From Rhizophagus irregularis (lineage: Eukaryota), in contig NC_089429.1 in NCBI RefSeq assembly GCF_026210795.1, forward strand, positions 7,440,001-7,504,000: 64,000 nucleotides of DNA, read 5' to 3'. The first letter of the stretch is position 1, and each line of letters starts with the position of its first letter. A model generated the notes under the pieces. The model was not told the DNA's origin. It made no database searches and worked only from the letters and a program-made list of their open reading frames with translations. Position numbers and translations under genes: made by a program. Shown here piece by piece: positions 14,701 to 28,479 of this stretch.

Positions 14701-14944
14701 TTTGGCTTTTGTGAATTGGTATAAACCCGCTGCGACCGCAAACATCAGATTTTTTTTTTCCAGCGAAGATTCTGATGATTTTACGAATGATCCGGAACTT
14801 TGGAAAAAGGAGTTTTTTAATTCTTCAGTTGATAGTATAATTCCGGTTCATCACATATTAGGTAGATTTGTTCCAGCAAAATTTAAATACAAACGTACTG
14901 AATACTTGGCCATTTTGCCGTTAAATAGAAGATTTCACATTTAA
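11740..14944 (+). CDS. CACTA/EnSpm transposase (Transposase_21/TnpD-like) with frameshifts and a probable intron near 14028-14093
   Basis: Motifs CYCNKC, CPSCHKL, DVYDGEIW, NVDWFQPF, RFKPENMLILG, CCDIPAARKLCG, VDPMHNLFIG, GPLYSFWCFSFERMNGILG across ORFs 11632-12798, 12782-13120, 13129-14043, 14015-14944. Confidence 0.92.
12095..12260 (+). repeat. 18-bp coding tandem repeat giving an Asp-rich tract (DDGDDN)n
   Basis: gatgatggggatgataac repeated in frame within the CACTA transposase. Confidence 0.9.
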
Positions 14945-15189
14945 ATTTACCATAATAAATAATTTTTTTTTTTTGCGAAATTATCCGATTATTATATCAA
15001 ATTATTCAATATTCAGTAAATAATGTCGCATTTTTTTAGTAAATGATCTAATTTTTCGATAAAATGTTACATCTTTCTAGAAAATGTCAACAAATGTACA
15101 TTTTGCAAAAAAAAGTGTCAAAAAAAATAACATTCTAACGAAAAATGTAACATTTGACCAAAAAAACATGAAATTTGCATGAAATTTGC

Positions 15190-15845
15190 TAAAAAATGCG
15201 GAATTTTCATAAAAAATGTACCATTTGGCAGAAAATCGGAATATTTGACAAAAAAAAAGCAAAATTTGATTTTAATTGACAATGTTATAACAATGTTATG
15301 AAATGTTGTTACAATGATATTACATTGGTGGCAAAATGTGGAATTTTCATAAAAATGTACCATTTGGCAGAAAATCGGAATATTTGACAAAAAAAAAGCA
15401 AAATTTGATTTTAATTGACAATGTTATAACAATGTTATGAAATGTTGTTACAATGATATTACATTGGTGGCAAAATGTGGAATTTTCATAAAAATGTACC
15501 ATTTGGCAGAAAATCGGAATATTTGACAAAAAAAAAGCAAAATTTGATTTTAATTGACAATGTTATAACAATGTTATGAAATGTTGTTACAATAATATTA
15601 CATTGGTGGCAAAATGTGGAATTTTCATAAAAATGTACCATTTGGCAGAAAATCGGAATATTTGACAAAAAAAAAGCAAAATTTGATTTTAATTGACAAT
15701 GTTATAACAATGTTATGAAATGTTGTTACAATGATATTACATTGGTGGCAAAATGCAGAATTTTCATAAAAATGCACCATTTGACAAAAAAAAGCAAAAT
15801 TTGATTTAATTGACAATGTTATAACAATGTTACGAAATGTTACAT
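15190..15845. repeat. Right subterminal tandem array of the CACTA element, 139-bp unit, ~4.7 copies
   Basis: Identical spurious ORFs recur at 139-bp spacing (15347, 15486, 15625). Confidence 0.95.
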
Positions 15846-18800
15846 TTGAGGTGTAATGTAGCATTTTCCCAAAATTTCATAAGATTTGCTAAATCGGACA
15901 ATGTTGTAACAATGCTATTCCAAAAAATTGCTCAGCGTAATGTAGCATTTTCCACAATTTCTCACCATTTTCCAGAAAAATGGGGAATTTGCATTTTTTG
16001 AATTTTGGACAATAGTGCCCCTTCGACCTGTGTATCATTTGAATAAAAAATGCATTCATCATGAATTACCAGGATTCTCTCTTTCTCTCCTTCAGGTAAG
16101 TTAGGATGTATTTGATCCATAGATTCACCTTTATATTTGGACATATATTTTTCATGTTCAAACATTTTTTCTAAGAATTCTTTTCGATATTGTAAAACAT
16201 CATCTCTTTCATGCCCATCATAATATATTCCACGACGATATTGTTGAAATGAATAACCAAGAACGTTAAGCCCTTTATTTAATATATATAATAAATATAA
16301 TAATTAATATTTGGGTTTATTAAAGAAAATTTAGTTTAAATTCTTCACTTACATCTTGCTGCAGTCATTAAAGCAATGGATTTTTCTCTAGTGATTCCAA
16401 TGCTAGGAAATAATTCAGTTTCAATGAATTTTTTAAATAAAGCTGGTGTGGCTTTGAAATCTTGTTTTCGAATCCAAATATGACATCTTTCTGCAACATC
16501 TTCATCATCAATTATTCTAATTGTTTTTTGATGTTTTCCACATCTAGATTCTGGGAGTTTATTATTCAGTAACCAATATTTTGTAAGATATCGGATTTTT
16601 TATGCTTTCCATACACCACCATCAATAAAAATTTTTTGGGCAACTTCCAAACTAATATCAATTTTTCTGTGTCCATTATTATTATTTAACAAGGTTAGAT
16701 ATTCAAATATTGCTCTTTTATAATTATACTCAGCAACTGTTAATTGATTATGTTGTTTCTCTAACTGTTTTTTTAGATTCTTTATTTTTTCAGTTATTTT
16801 GTAAATATATGGGTTAACAACTTCACTTTCTGAATCACTTGAAAAAACTTCTAGTGTATCAGCTCTAGATAATTGTGGATTAGTAACTTGGGTACTACTA
16901 ATCTTAAAAAAATTTGTAATTTTTTCAGTGCCGGCTGCAGCTTTAGTTAACGTACCATTTGGACCATATTTGTCATAATATGTTGATTTTGGTGTTTTTC
17001 CTGTTTTATATGACCCTCACTTCATTTTTTCTAGTTAATTATCATCTTTCCATACTAAATCGAAATTTTTAATCTTTGGTGGAGTTTGATTTCAGCTTCC
17101 ATTTCCTCTGGTTCGTCCCATCCACTATCATCATCATCACCCCACGCTTCATCATCAAAGAATTCAAAATTAATATCATCAGCTGGTATATCATCAACAA
17201 AACTTGAAGAATCGCCACCATTATCATCAAAAGAATCAGTGTCATTATTAAAATAGCATGAACCATCATCGAAAAAATTATTATCATTGTAAGATACTTC
17301 AAGTATCAAAGAGTCCCAGCCATCTTTACATGTTATTTTAGTATTATACTTACCGCCTACTGTACGTGGTTGTTCTTTTGATTTTCTTTTTTGTTTAGAA
17401 GGAAGCGGCATTTTTTTTTTATTTTTATTTTGTATATTTTTGTATTAAAAAAGGAGAGCAACTAAAAATCAAAAGGCAACAAATTAACGATAGAAACAAT
17501 AGACAAAGTATATAATTGTTTAAATTATAATTGAGATTGTCACGTGATCTAAATCTCGCATTTTTATTGGCCGAAACCCCTGTAAATACCCCTGCAAAGT
17601 AAGTCTGAATCTGGCTACCTACTAATAAAATACTATATTTTTAAACACTGATAACTTTTTAAATAACTAAGCTAGTTCAAAAATATAAGCCGATTTTCTA
17701 AAAGAGTATGACTTAAACTACATAAAAATTGGTTTGATTTTTTAATAATATACAAATTGAAAAACTAGATATATTTAGAGTTTATGCTAAATTTTTGATG
17801 AGTTTAGGTGTTACGCACCATATAAAAATTTATATAATATATTTGTTTATTGTATTTCATTATAAACTAATGATTGATGAATCAGGTACATGATAATGAG
17901 ATTTATATTTTATTATATGCATTTTTTGATTAAATTAAAGTAAAATTACTTAATTTTTGAATTCTTTTGTTTATAAATTTATCATCTGAACTGTCTTTTA
18001 AATATCATTATTTATAATATTAAATTAACCTATACTTAAATAATTTTGTTTATTAATTTTTTTTTTTGCAATATTAGAACTTTTTTTTCTTCTTAGCATA
18101 TTGAAAAAAAAATCTGAAGTAAAATAATAATTAATATTACATTAAATGTGGCTAAAAAAGATCTGTAATGCAAAAATTAGACTAGTTTCAATTTTAACTA
18201 AATTTTGTCAGTATATTTAAATTATAGATTTTTAAACAGCTAAAACTTAGCCAAAATTTAATTTAGAAAAAAAATAACCGATAATTTTTAAAGCTAATGA
18301 TCATATCTATAAAAATTATCGGTTAAATTTTTTACTTCAATATAAAAAATTTTTTTTTAGAAATTTATAATTAATCAATTGTTACTATACATAAGTAGTT
18401 GAGTATAGAGGTTCTGCACTATATAAATTCAAAAGCTATAATTTGTAAATATGTAATTCGGCCAGAATTATGCACTTAACTCCGGCAGGAATTATGGAAT
18501 TTCCTAAAAAGGAAATTTAGGTTACACAAAATGCCCTATAAAATCGATTTTTGTTGAATGGCTATCTCCTAAAAAGGAAATGATCGATATATCAGTTTTG
18601 GCTGAAGTTTAAAATTATGAATTAATTCCAGCCAGTATTATGAATTCAGCTGAAATTATTAGTAAAATCAAATCTGAAATCTGAATCAAATCTGTCAGAT
18701 CTAATCTGATCAGATTCAGATTTTAAATAAGCCTAATCTGAATCTGATCTGATTTAATCTGATTTGATCTGAATCTGACAGATCAGATTTTTTTCGGAGT

Positions 18801-18914
18801 ACTAATTGCTAGTGTTCTGTCTATACAGAAACTTCATAATTTATTGGAATTTATTAAAGAAAATAATATCGATATTATAGCTATATTAAAAACCAATATA
18901 GATATCGTCAGGAC

Positions 18915-20616
18915 TAAGGTTGCTTATCTAAACCTTTTCAAAATCTTATGATTAGTTTCGTCAAAATTTTACTATAGATTTATTATAGTTTTGGCAGAGT
19001 TTTGGCAGTTTCGGCATTTATAATAAGTTTCGGCAGTTTCGCCTTTCTCCAAAGTTTTGCCAGTTTTTTAATATAACTTTAATATAGTCATATGTGCCAA
19101 TTTTTGGAATTAGTCTAAATTAAGATTTTTATAAAAATTTAATATTTTAGTAAGATTAACATTACACATATTTACGTAATTCAGATTTAATAAAAAATAA
19201 AAAAAATTTTTTTAATCAATATTCAAAAATAACGGTAATAACCACTTCTTTTTCCCATCACTTCCCATCACTTTTCCATCATTTTTCTATTCACTTTTAT
19301 TAAATATGACAAAAAAGTTTATAAGCAAATATAGCAGTTATTTTTAAGTGGTAAGTAAAAGAAAAAACTTAATATTTTATATACATAGATAAGACATATT
19401 TTTTCATAATTTTTAGCTTTAATTTATTGTTTTTTCTTTGCAAAAAATACATGCAAATAAAAAATAATTATGATGTAAAATAGTTGTAAAATGAATAATA
19501 AGATATTCTTTTTTTTTCAAAATAACTAATTATATATTTGTTTTTTATCTTTTAAAATTATTTTATTAGATTTATTCTACTAAAATCCTTAAATGGCAAA
19601 TAAAATCTTTTAAATAAAGTAAAAGAATTTGGGATTCTTTTATGAAAGCATTTTTTGGTAGGAAATAAAATTTTCAGATCGGACTTTATGCAGGTGACAA
19701 AATCGTTCATTATTATTCTTAGAGATATGCTAACGTCATCATTTTACATTCATTTGAAAGCTGAGAATTTGCTTTATCGTAAGAATCAAAGATTAGGAAA
19801 ATTGGATTACTGGATGAGGCGTAATTAACGATAAAAGTTAAATCAAATTTAAAAATTAAAAATAAATATATTAGACGTAATTATTCACAATCCAGTGATT
19901 CAATTCATTCGATTTTAGGCTTATTAGATAGACCTCAATTTTCTCTTTCAAATGAATATAATTTCATTCGTGTAGCTTGCATTTACAGGTATTTAATGAA
20001 TTTTTTTATATCAGATTTTATCAAACTTATAAAATTTTATATTAATAATATAATTGATGATTCCTAAACATCTACATATATTAAATGAATTATTTTAAAT
20101 TTATTTTAAAGATAAAAGTTGGCATCACCTTAGGGAGCAAAGATCATTCAAATTGAATCACTACATGTGAAGTAATTAATGATCAAATTTAGATAAAATT
20201 CAATAAATATACTGAACGTGATTACTGAACAACTAGTGATTCAATTCACTTGATTTTAGATTTATTAGATAGATCTCGATTTTCTCTTTCAAATGAATGT
20301 AAATTTATTTGTATAGCTTATTTCTACGAAGAATTATCAATGATTTTGTCATGAGAGTTATATTTGATCTTTTAAATTTTAATGATATCTTATATTAAAA
20401 AAAAATTAAAAATTATATAATTAATTAGTTTTTTTTGCATTATCTAGTATAAATTTATTATTCTTATATAAATGATAATTCATATTTGCTTTAATAAAAT
20501 TATTTTTGTGTAAAAAAATTAGATTCCAAGAATCGGCTCATATGGTTTTGGCAGAATTTCGCTTTTCGGCGAAATGCCATCTTGCCTAAACCCCTAGGTT
20601 TCAGCAAGCAACCTTA
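18915..20616. mobile_element. hAT-type non-autonomous element
   Basis: TIR taaggttgctt / aagcaacctta; 8-bp duplication gtcaggac at 18907-18914 and 20617-20624. Confidence 0.9.
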
Positions 20617-20869
20617 GTCAGGACATTAAGTCAAAGTCTATTTGATAATTTTCAGTGAAAAACTAAAGGACCGGGAATGGCACTTGTGATCTATAACAAA
20701 TGGATAAAACATTATTACTCAGTAGTACGCATATTCCCATATATTTTAGTAGTTAAATTTTTATTCATACAGAGAGAAATATAGGTCTAGTTAATATACG
20801 CCACTCCTAACAATCAAAACATAAGAAAAAATTTGATTGACGAATTGAAAATAGCTATGGAGGGACATG

Positions 20870-22183
20870 AGGATCCCAAATAATACTGATATAACTCACA
20901 AACGGGTTTGCGTAGAGTTTATATAAAATTACTTTTTAAACCCATAAATTGAGTTTGCGTAGATCGGTCAATTTTGGGATAACTCACATATCACGTTTGC
21001 GTAGAGTTTATAAATATATTGCATTATATGTTGATCAATTGTATAATATTGATAAAAATTGAGTTGCGCAAAACCATTAAGGATGGGTCCGTAATATATT
21101 TATGAAATTTGCAATATTACGGATTTTGGTAATTAATTGTATATAGTAACAAAAAGTAATGCATTTCGCATTATTTTAATATTTTTTAATAAAAAAAAAG
21201 TGCGAAATGCACTACTTTAACAAAAAATGGTGAATTTCGCACCATTTTATTAACATTTTAATAGAAAAAAGTGCGAAACGCACAATTTTAATAAATAATT
21301 GGTGAGTTTCGCACCATTTAATTAATATTTTAATATAAAAAAGTGCGAAATGTACCATTTTATTAATATTTTAATAGAAAAAGTGTGAAACACACCATTT
21401 TATTAATAATTTAATAGAAAAGTGACTAATAGTACTAGGGCCGGCTCTGGCCGGCCTTTTCTTTACATTATTATTGATAAAAAATGTTGCGAAACATTTT
21501 TTTCTAAGTGTTTTAATATATAAAAAACATTTTGCAAATATTTTATTTTGTTTTTAACGTGACAATCGTGACAAAACACACCATTTTAATAAAAAAATCG
21601 GGAGTTTCGCACATTTTATTAATATTTTAATATAAAAAAGTGCGAAACACACCATTTTAACAAAAAAATGGAGAGTTTCGCACCATTTTATTAATATTTT
21701 AATATAAAAAAGTGCGAAACGCATCATTTTATTAATATTTTAATATAAAAAAGTGCGAAATGCACCATTTTGACAAATAAATGGAGAGTTTCGCACCATT
21801 TTATTAATATTTTATTATAAAAAAGTGTGAAACGCACTATTTTAACAAATAAATGGTGAGTTTCGCATGATATTATTAATATTTTAATAGAAAAAGTGTG
21901 AAACGCACCATTTTAACAAATAAATGGTGATTTTCGCACCATTTTATTAATATTTTAATAGAAAAAAGTGCGAAACACACTATTTTAATATAAAATGGTA
22001 AGGTTTGCATGATTTTATTAATATTTAATAGAAAAAATGTGAAATGAATTATATTAGTAACAAAAATTTTTTTGAACTAAGATTTGGATTTGCGTAGCGT
22101 TACTATGAAAAAAAAGTTGCGTAGAGTTAATAGTAAATGCATGCCGATCATTTGTGAGTTATATTAGTATTATTCGGGATCCT
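20870..22183. mobile_element. Non-autonomous TIR element with AGGA termini and 8-bp target duplication; internal AT-rich repeats
   Basis: TIR aggatcccaaataatactgatataactcacaaa / tttgtgagttatattagtattattcgggatcct; flanks gggacatg / aggacatg. Confidence 0.8.
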
Positions 22184-22473
22184 AGGACATGACCGATCAG
22201 TTCACAATACCGTAGTACTGCATGTTGTATTAAGGGATTTTAATGACACAATTAATAATAGGATAGACCGATCGCCCAATACCGGAAACCAGGATCTCAA
22301 TTTCTAATACAACTATCACAGTTAGGTCTTTATGATGTGTGTAGAATTCTTTATCCAGATGTAGAATTATTCACTGAATAAAAATAAAAGTACTTTGCTG
22401 AAACCTCTAATTTTTTTAAAATATTTTTACAATATAGTTATATAATGGTATGATATAATAACAATATTGAAAC

Positions 22474-22792
22474 TAGGGTTGCAGACATTTCTTTTGCCAA
22501 GGGTAGTTACCTTACGGCATACGTCACGTCAAGATACAACATATGCTGTAACACAAGAAAAAAAAAATTTTTCATATCAAACCTACTTAAACCTACTTGT
22601 AATGATCAATTACTACAGTAATTGCCATACTTAATTTTGGCTGAAAGTACAATTTGGCCAGAGTTAAAATTAAAATTACTACCTTACTACCCCATACGTC
22701 AATACGGCAAAATATTTGAAAAGTAGTATCTTCTTACTACATTGACGTATTGACGTATAAGGTAACTACCTTAAGATATGTCTGCAACCTTA
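22474..22792. mobile_element. hAT-type MITE
   Basis: TIR tagggttgcagacat / atgtctgcaacctta; 8-bp duplication attgaaac at 22466-22473 and 22793-22800. Confidence 0.88.
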
Positions 22793-24778
22793 ATTGAAAC
22801 AATAAAAATAAAGATAATTTAAAAAACGGTGTCAAAATAAAATGCTTAAACAACATAAAAACAACATGATAAAAAGAATAATGAAAAAAATTATTATTTT
22901 ATATGAATTGCAATACTAATACAATACTAATATAATACTAATACAATACTTTTGTAAATACGTTATTTATAAAATATTGTAAAAATATATATATACTATT
23001 TTTTACAATATTTTTATAATATTATTTTATAATATTTTTTTTTGTCTGTCCAATTTTTTCTTAAGATCACACAGATCACAGATCAGTTACGAATAGTATT
23101 ATAAAAATAATTATCGTATGGGTATTATGTGATTTTTTTTTAAAAAAAATCAATAACAATTACCGCTTCCATATTTTTTTTTTAACTTTGTAAATTGTGG
23201 CAAATTCAGTATAATTAATCTTGAAGGCAAAATATTATTACTTGGACAAAAAAACGGAATAAAAACTTTATTAAGGATGTTAATGATTTGAACCAATAAG
23301 TTAAAAGTCATTAAAGTTATTAATAAATTTACAAATTTATATTAATGAACTTTTCTTTATTACAAACGATCTTTGATACACAAAGTGTGAAGTATCCTGT
23401 AAAAAATGTTGTTATTCTATATTTTAAATTCCAAGGTACGTAATGAATGAATTTGTTTATTTCCATATTTTTTCTGTAATTGTATCATTTTCACTAAAAA
23501 TTTTTTATAGAGTGGTGACCACAATTGCAATTTATCTTTGTGAAAATTATAATTCTGAAGAAAAATTACCAAAGAATGATCCTAAATTGAAAAGTCAAGT
23601 TATTCAAATTATTCAATGGGTAAATATTTTATTCACACAAAAAATTTGATTAAAATGAGAAATAAACTATGGGCTTCTAACGAATGGAGAACCAAAATTC
23701 ATAAGAATTTTGGTTTTATTTATTTTTTTTTATTATTATGGAACGGTTTACTAACCGTTCCTTTCTTTTTTTACTATAGGTTCAGTATCTCAGAAAGACT
23801 TCTGAAGAATGGAAAAATATAAAGTTTCGTAAGTATGAGTACGAATCTTTTGGGGTTTTTTTTATTTTTAATATTATGAGAATATGTAAAAAATATAAAT
23901 TTCCCTTCATAAAAAATTTTTATTACATAAATAAGATTCTAATACTGTAATTGAGCGTTCTATATTGAAAAGCATTTGGAAGTGAAAGAATAAGATGGCT
24001 TGTCTTAAAGATTCCGAAGACTAATTAATTTGATTAAAATAGAAATTCGATTCATTTGTTTTTTATTTTATTTTTCTGTAATACTAAAATTTTTTATTTA
24101 TTTATTAATACTTAAAAAAAACTAAAATTGGATTTGCATTTTTACAATAAAATGTTGCAATTAGCAATAAAAATATTATTTTACTATTCTACTCTAAAAT
24201 ATATTACATTATTATTTACATTAAATTTTACATTAAAATATAAAAACATTTCCTATTTACTGTATTAAAAATAAACCAAAAATACTATGGCTCAACTTTG
24301 TACGTTTACTAGATGGACGGCTATTTGATTTTTCGCATTTTTATAAAAATTGGATTAAACTGAATTGAACTGCCAGTTTTTCAGTTCAGTTCTTACAGAT
24401 TTCAGCTCTAATCCGAACTGTCTATAATCCGGACTAAACTGACCCATTTAGAGCTTTACTATTAATACCCTTACATCTTATTTTTTTACCAGTACTATCA
24501 ACGGATGTCAAAATTTCAAAATCTGGCTCGAAATTGTAGTAAGTAATGAAATAATCTTATATAATGAGACGAACAACAGATACAAGCAATTTAAAATGTC
24601 TTCAGCATACGATCAGGTTCAAAGTATCAAATAAGCATGTGAGAACAATGGCGTTGAAATTCAACAGCCAAATGAGATGGATTTTAGTTTTGATTATTAA
24701 ACTGTTTCATAAATCTGTATTCCCCCCTCACAGCTTCATTATTAAGATATCAAACGTTGTATTTCTTTTAAAAAAACA

Positions 24779-25027
24779 TACTTTACAGAAACTTACCATT
24801 TTTAATCAATATAGAATCGATATCGTTAAGTTTATCTTAACGATATCATTTCGATATCATTTCAATATCATTTCAAAATATCGATTTAATATCGATATGA
24901 TATCGAAATAAAGTATTATCACTTCGATATCATTTCGATATTAAATCGATATTGAAATGATATCAAAATAATAATTAAAATGATATCGAAATGATATTAC
25001 TTGAAAACTTAAAGTTTCTGTAAAGTA
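24779..25027. mobile_element. MITE with internal gatatc repeats
   Basis: Perfect 16-bp inverted repeat tactttacagaaactt / aagtttctgtaaagta. Confidence 0.7.
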
Positions 25028-25870
25028 TATCATTAGATTCGTCTCAATGAGACGCGTCAAATGGTGGTAAGATTATGTCATTAGTATCGATAGATTACAA
25101 GTTAATCTTGCTAAATGATTTATCAATAATTGGAATTAGCAAGCCATCTATCGGTGCTAAAGACATGATCTTAGCACCATTCGACGTGTTTCAGTGAGAT
25201 GAATCCAATGAATATTAATTAGTCCATGTACGATCACTGGATGGTGAATAATGTCAAGTTTCGCATTTTTTTAAAATTTTTGAGTGTTAAAAATTAAAAA
25301 TTCTGATACATGAATTTATTCGTCATCCAATGGTTGTACAAATATGAATTAGGACTCATTAGATTCGTCTCGATGAGATGAGTCGAATGGTGGTGAGATC
25401 ATATCTCTAGCATCAATAGATCATAAGTTAATTCACGATAAATGATTTATAAAAATATGGCATTAGAAAGCTATCTATCGATGCTAGAGACATGATCTTA
25501 CCACCATTTGACTCATTTCATCGAGATGAATCTAATGAGTCCTACTTCATATTTGTATGACTATTGGACGATGAATAAATTCATGTATCAGAATTTCTAA
25601 TTTTTAACGCTTGAAAATTTCAAAAAAATGCGAAATTTGATATTATTTGCCATCCAGTGGTCATACACGAACGAATTTATATTCATTGGATTCGTCTCAC
25701 TGAGATGCGTCAAATGGTGCTAATATCATATCTCTAGCACTGATAGATAGCTTGCTAATTCCAATTATTTATAAATCATTTAGCGTGGGTTAACATGTGA
25801 TCTATCAATGCTAGAGATATGATCTTACCACCATTCGATGCGTCTCATTGAGACGAATCCAATGATATAT
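25028..25870. repeat. Large fold-back array of ~170-bp units in alternating orientation
   Basis: Unit cattagattcgtctc...ggtggtaagatcatgtctctagcatcgataga occurs repeatedly on both strands, centred near 25440-25460. Confidence 0.8.
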
Positions 25871-26347
25871 GGCTCGACTTTGTACGATCACTAGATGGAC
25901 GGCTATTTGATTTTTCGCATTTTTATAAAAAATTAGATTAAACTAAACCGAACCGCTGGTTTTTCGGTTCTAATATCTGAACCGAACCGAACTAAATTTT
26001 GAGCTGGTTTTGGATCAGTTTCCCGGTTTAGCCTGAACCGTTTGAAGCTTTAGTCAATAGCATCTAGCACGTTCCACTTAGTTCCAATGACGTTTAGAAC
26101 TCTTTGAATGCAAAATCCTCGTTGTAAATTTAATGTTAAATCCTTTTTATTTATCGTCATTTTCAAAATGGTGTGCACAGTCAATATGTGATATGAAAAT
26201 CGATTTCTGATTGTGAATATCAGAATGATCAACATTACATGATTAAAACAATGAGATCAACCAATTAAAAATTAACAATTTTAATAATCGAAAAATTTAA
26301 ACTTGCGTTTTATTCATTTATTTTAAAAAACGTGTCTCAATTTAACA

Positions 26348-28479
26348 ATGACTCATAATGAATACCTCTTTGGCACTTGCTTTAGCTGTAAAAAATGTCT
26401 CTATTGTGGAGCTGAACTTAGTATTTGGAAAAAAATGTGTTCATGTGATAAAATCATAAAACCACACAAAAATAACTGAACTGATAAAGTAAGAAATGTA
26501 TTCTCTTGAATTTTAAAACCTGACTTGCCACCTAAACAGCTTGAATATACTATTCAAGAGAAGATTAATTATTTCAAATATTCCATAGATTTTAACACAG
26601 AGTTTAAATTTTCTTTCTGCTCTGCCTGTAATAGTGCATTTCAAAGAAAAAAATTTAAAACTGCATTAAAAGCTTCTACTTCACATAATGTGGATATAGA
26701 ACTTGAAAACAATTTGGAAAATAATATTAGTATTGATTTGGATGAAAAATCAGAAGCAGAACAAATTATTTCATTCAATTTGATGATAAAATCCTTTACT
26801 GGTCCAACATTGCCATCTAAATGGGTAGAAATAGAAGCATCATCACTAGATAATGATATTCTTGCATGTGTGCATCAATACGTTGTAAAATTAACTGGTG
26901 ATAAAGAGATAATGCATTCAGATTATTTAATATCATATAAACCAGAAAAAGCTGGAGGAGTTGGAACGCAATTAATGGACGCACAAGATTATAAAAAATT
27001 TCTTTTAGATTACAAAAAATTGTTGGATAAAAAGAAAAATATAGTGATTTTAGTTATACATGAAGTCAAAATTAAAGCCCAAAAGTAGAAATATTTTGAC
27101 TTGGGAAGGTCAAAAGTCGAAATTAAAGTCAAAATGGTCGAAATTACATCATAGTCATGTGATTTTTATAATTATAATTTAATATAAAATTTTAAACGTG
27201 AATAACTCCGTCAATATTGATGCTACAGATATGAAATATATATCATTGGAATCCTCTCGATGAGCTGAATCCAACCGCGTAAAGATCATAAAACTCGAAT
27301 CACTGGATGCGGAGTTCGTTAACTTTGAATTTTAAAATTATTGTTTACTATAAGACTATTTAATACCAAATTTTAAACGTGAATAACTCCGTCAATATTG
27401 ATGCTACAAATATGAAATACATATCATTGGAATTCTCTCGATGAGCTGAATCCAACCGTGTAAAGATCATAAAAATCGAATCACTGGATGCGGAGTTCGT
27501 TAACTTTGAATTTTAATATTATTGTTTACTATAAAATCATATGACTATGACGTAATTTTAATCATTTCGACTTTTGGAGGGGTTCAAGTCAAAATCATTT
27601 CGACCATTTTGACCATTTTGGAGGTCAAAATTAACCAATTTTGGTTTCATGTATAATTTTAGTATCTTTAAAAAAGAAAAAGCAAAAGAAAAAGGTAATA
27701 TTTATATTCAATTTTATATACAAATAATTATTTTTAATTTTATTTATTTAATAGGAGATTTCAGATTCTGAAGAATCAAATGATAAAGAGGTCAGTGTAC
27801 GTAAAAGAAAAAAAGCAGTTCCAAAAGTAGATGATTTTTCTGCAATTTTACAATAAGAAGGACTTATAATTCGTGAATTAAAAGAGCAATACAAGTGTAA
27901 TCAACATGGTATGTCATGTTTTGTTGATAATGAAAGACATATAAAGCTTACTGCAATGCATTTTCAGTGCTGAACTAAGAAAATTGTAATCTTTATTTTT
28001 ATTTTATTGTATTATAATACCAATATAAAAATTGATCATCAGATTATTTTTAGATTCGAGATATTACAGATAATACTCAGGTGCCAAATTTACCAATTTT
28101 TTCACGATCTAACAGTGTTAAAGAAAAGCCCAAAGTATCAACACCTATGGTTTCCAATTTAGATCATAATACAGCGCCCATTTTTTTTGCTTTTCCATCA
28201 CAAATAATTCAATTATTTGCACAAAATTCAACTACAAGTAGTTTACCAAATAATGTATTATCATTTTCAAGACAACAACCAGTTCCATCTCTTGATGAGT
28301 TTTTTAATGAATTGTCAGGTAAAAATGGAGAACTTTTAAGATTTAAAAGTACTTTTGAAGATGAACAAATTACTGTAGATCAAATTTGTGATCTTACTGA
28401 TGCTGAATTTGATCAACTGGGTATAAATAAAATTGGATGGCGTAAAGCATTTAGAGCTGCAGCACAACGTTACCATTAA
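26348..28479 (+). pseudogene. Multi-exon gene with N-terminal Cys clusters and C-terminal SAM-like domain, disrupted by stops and a MITE
   Basis: CFSCKKCLYC and CSACN motifs; C-terminus FEDEQITVDQICDLTDAEFDQLGINKIGWRKAFRAAA fits the SAM pattern; GT..AG introns at ~27695 and ~27985. Confidence 0.65.
27055..27655. mobile_element. hAT-type MITE with an internal ~180-bp tandem duplication
   Basis: TIR tatacatgaa / ttcatgtata; 8-bp duplication attttagt at 27047-27054 and 27656-27663. Confidence 0.85.

Larger units (their letters stand above)
7730..16032. mobile_element. CACTA/EnSpm (CMC) transposon, 8.3 kb
   Basis: TIR CACAGGTCGAA (7730-7740 / 16022-16032); 3-bp duplication TAT at 7727-7729 and 16033-16035; subterminal tandem repeats; TnpD-like transposase. 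Confidence 0.93.
6759..17411 (-). pseudogene. IS630/Tc1-like DDE transposase, interrupted by the CACTA element (pieces 17411-~16033 and 7729-6759; intron ~16273-16352)
   Basis: Motifs VIHDECIFYSND, FAFDNSSNH, FPKFYCKLNFIERYWG. Removing 7730-16032 plus one TAT restores ...YSND-RKCRLWTRNGEMPLRKKG. Stops in the 5' part. Confidence 0.9.
6616..17820 (-). mobile_element. IS630/Tc1-mariner superfamily DNA transposon
   Basis: Perfect 27-bp TIR tggtgcgtaacacctaaactcatcaaa (6616-6642 / 17794-17820); TA duplication; encloses a transposase gene. Confidence 0.92.
6403..18421. mobile_element. Tc1/pogo-type non-autonomous element, TA target
   Basis: TIR cggtgcagaacttctata / tatagaggttctgcacta, flanked by TA on both sides. 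Confidence 0.7.
5997..18804. mobile_element. hAT-type non-autonomous element (outer shell of a nest)
   Basis: TIR tagtgctcc / ggagtacta; 8-bp duplication attgctag at 5989-5996 and 18805-18812; subterminal (tctga)n arrays at both ends. Confidence 0.85.
5959..22375 (+). pseudogene. Decayed LINE apurinic-endonuclease (APE) domain split into four pieces by later insertions (5959-5996, 18813-18914, 20625-20869, 22192-~22375)
   Basis: Joining across target duplications reads MHIAAHNIDGIAS-VLSIQKLHNLLEFIKENNIDIIAILKTN...KGPGMALVIYNKW...LIYATPN...HVVLRDFNDTINNRIDRSP, matching APE motifs (NxxG, DIxxLxET, GxG, YAP, GDFN). Several in-frame stops. Confidence 0.75.

Noticed and set aside
23270..24030. 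Short multi-exon gene
   Set aside because: Intron-like signals are present but frames contain stops and no recognisable domain.
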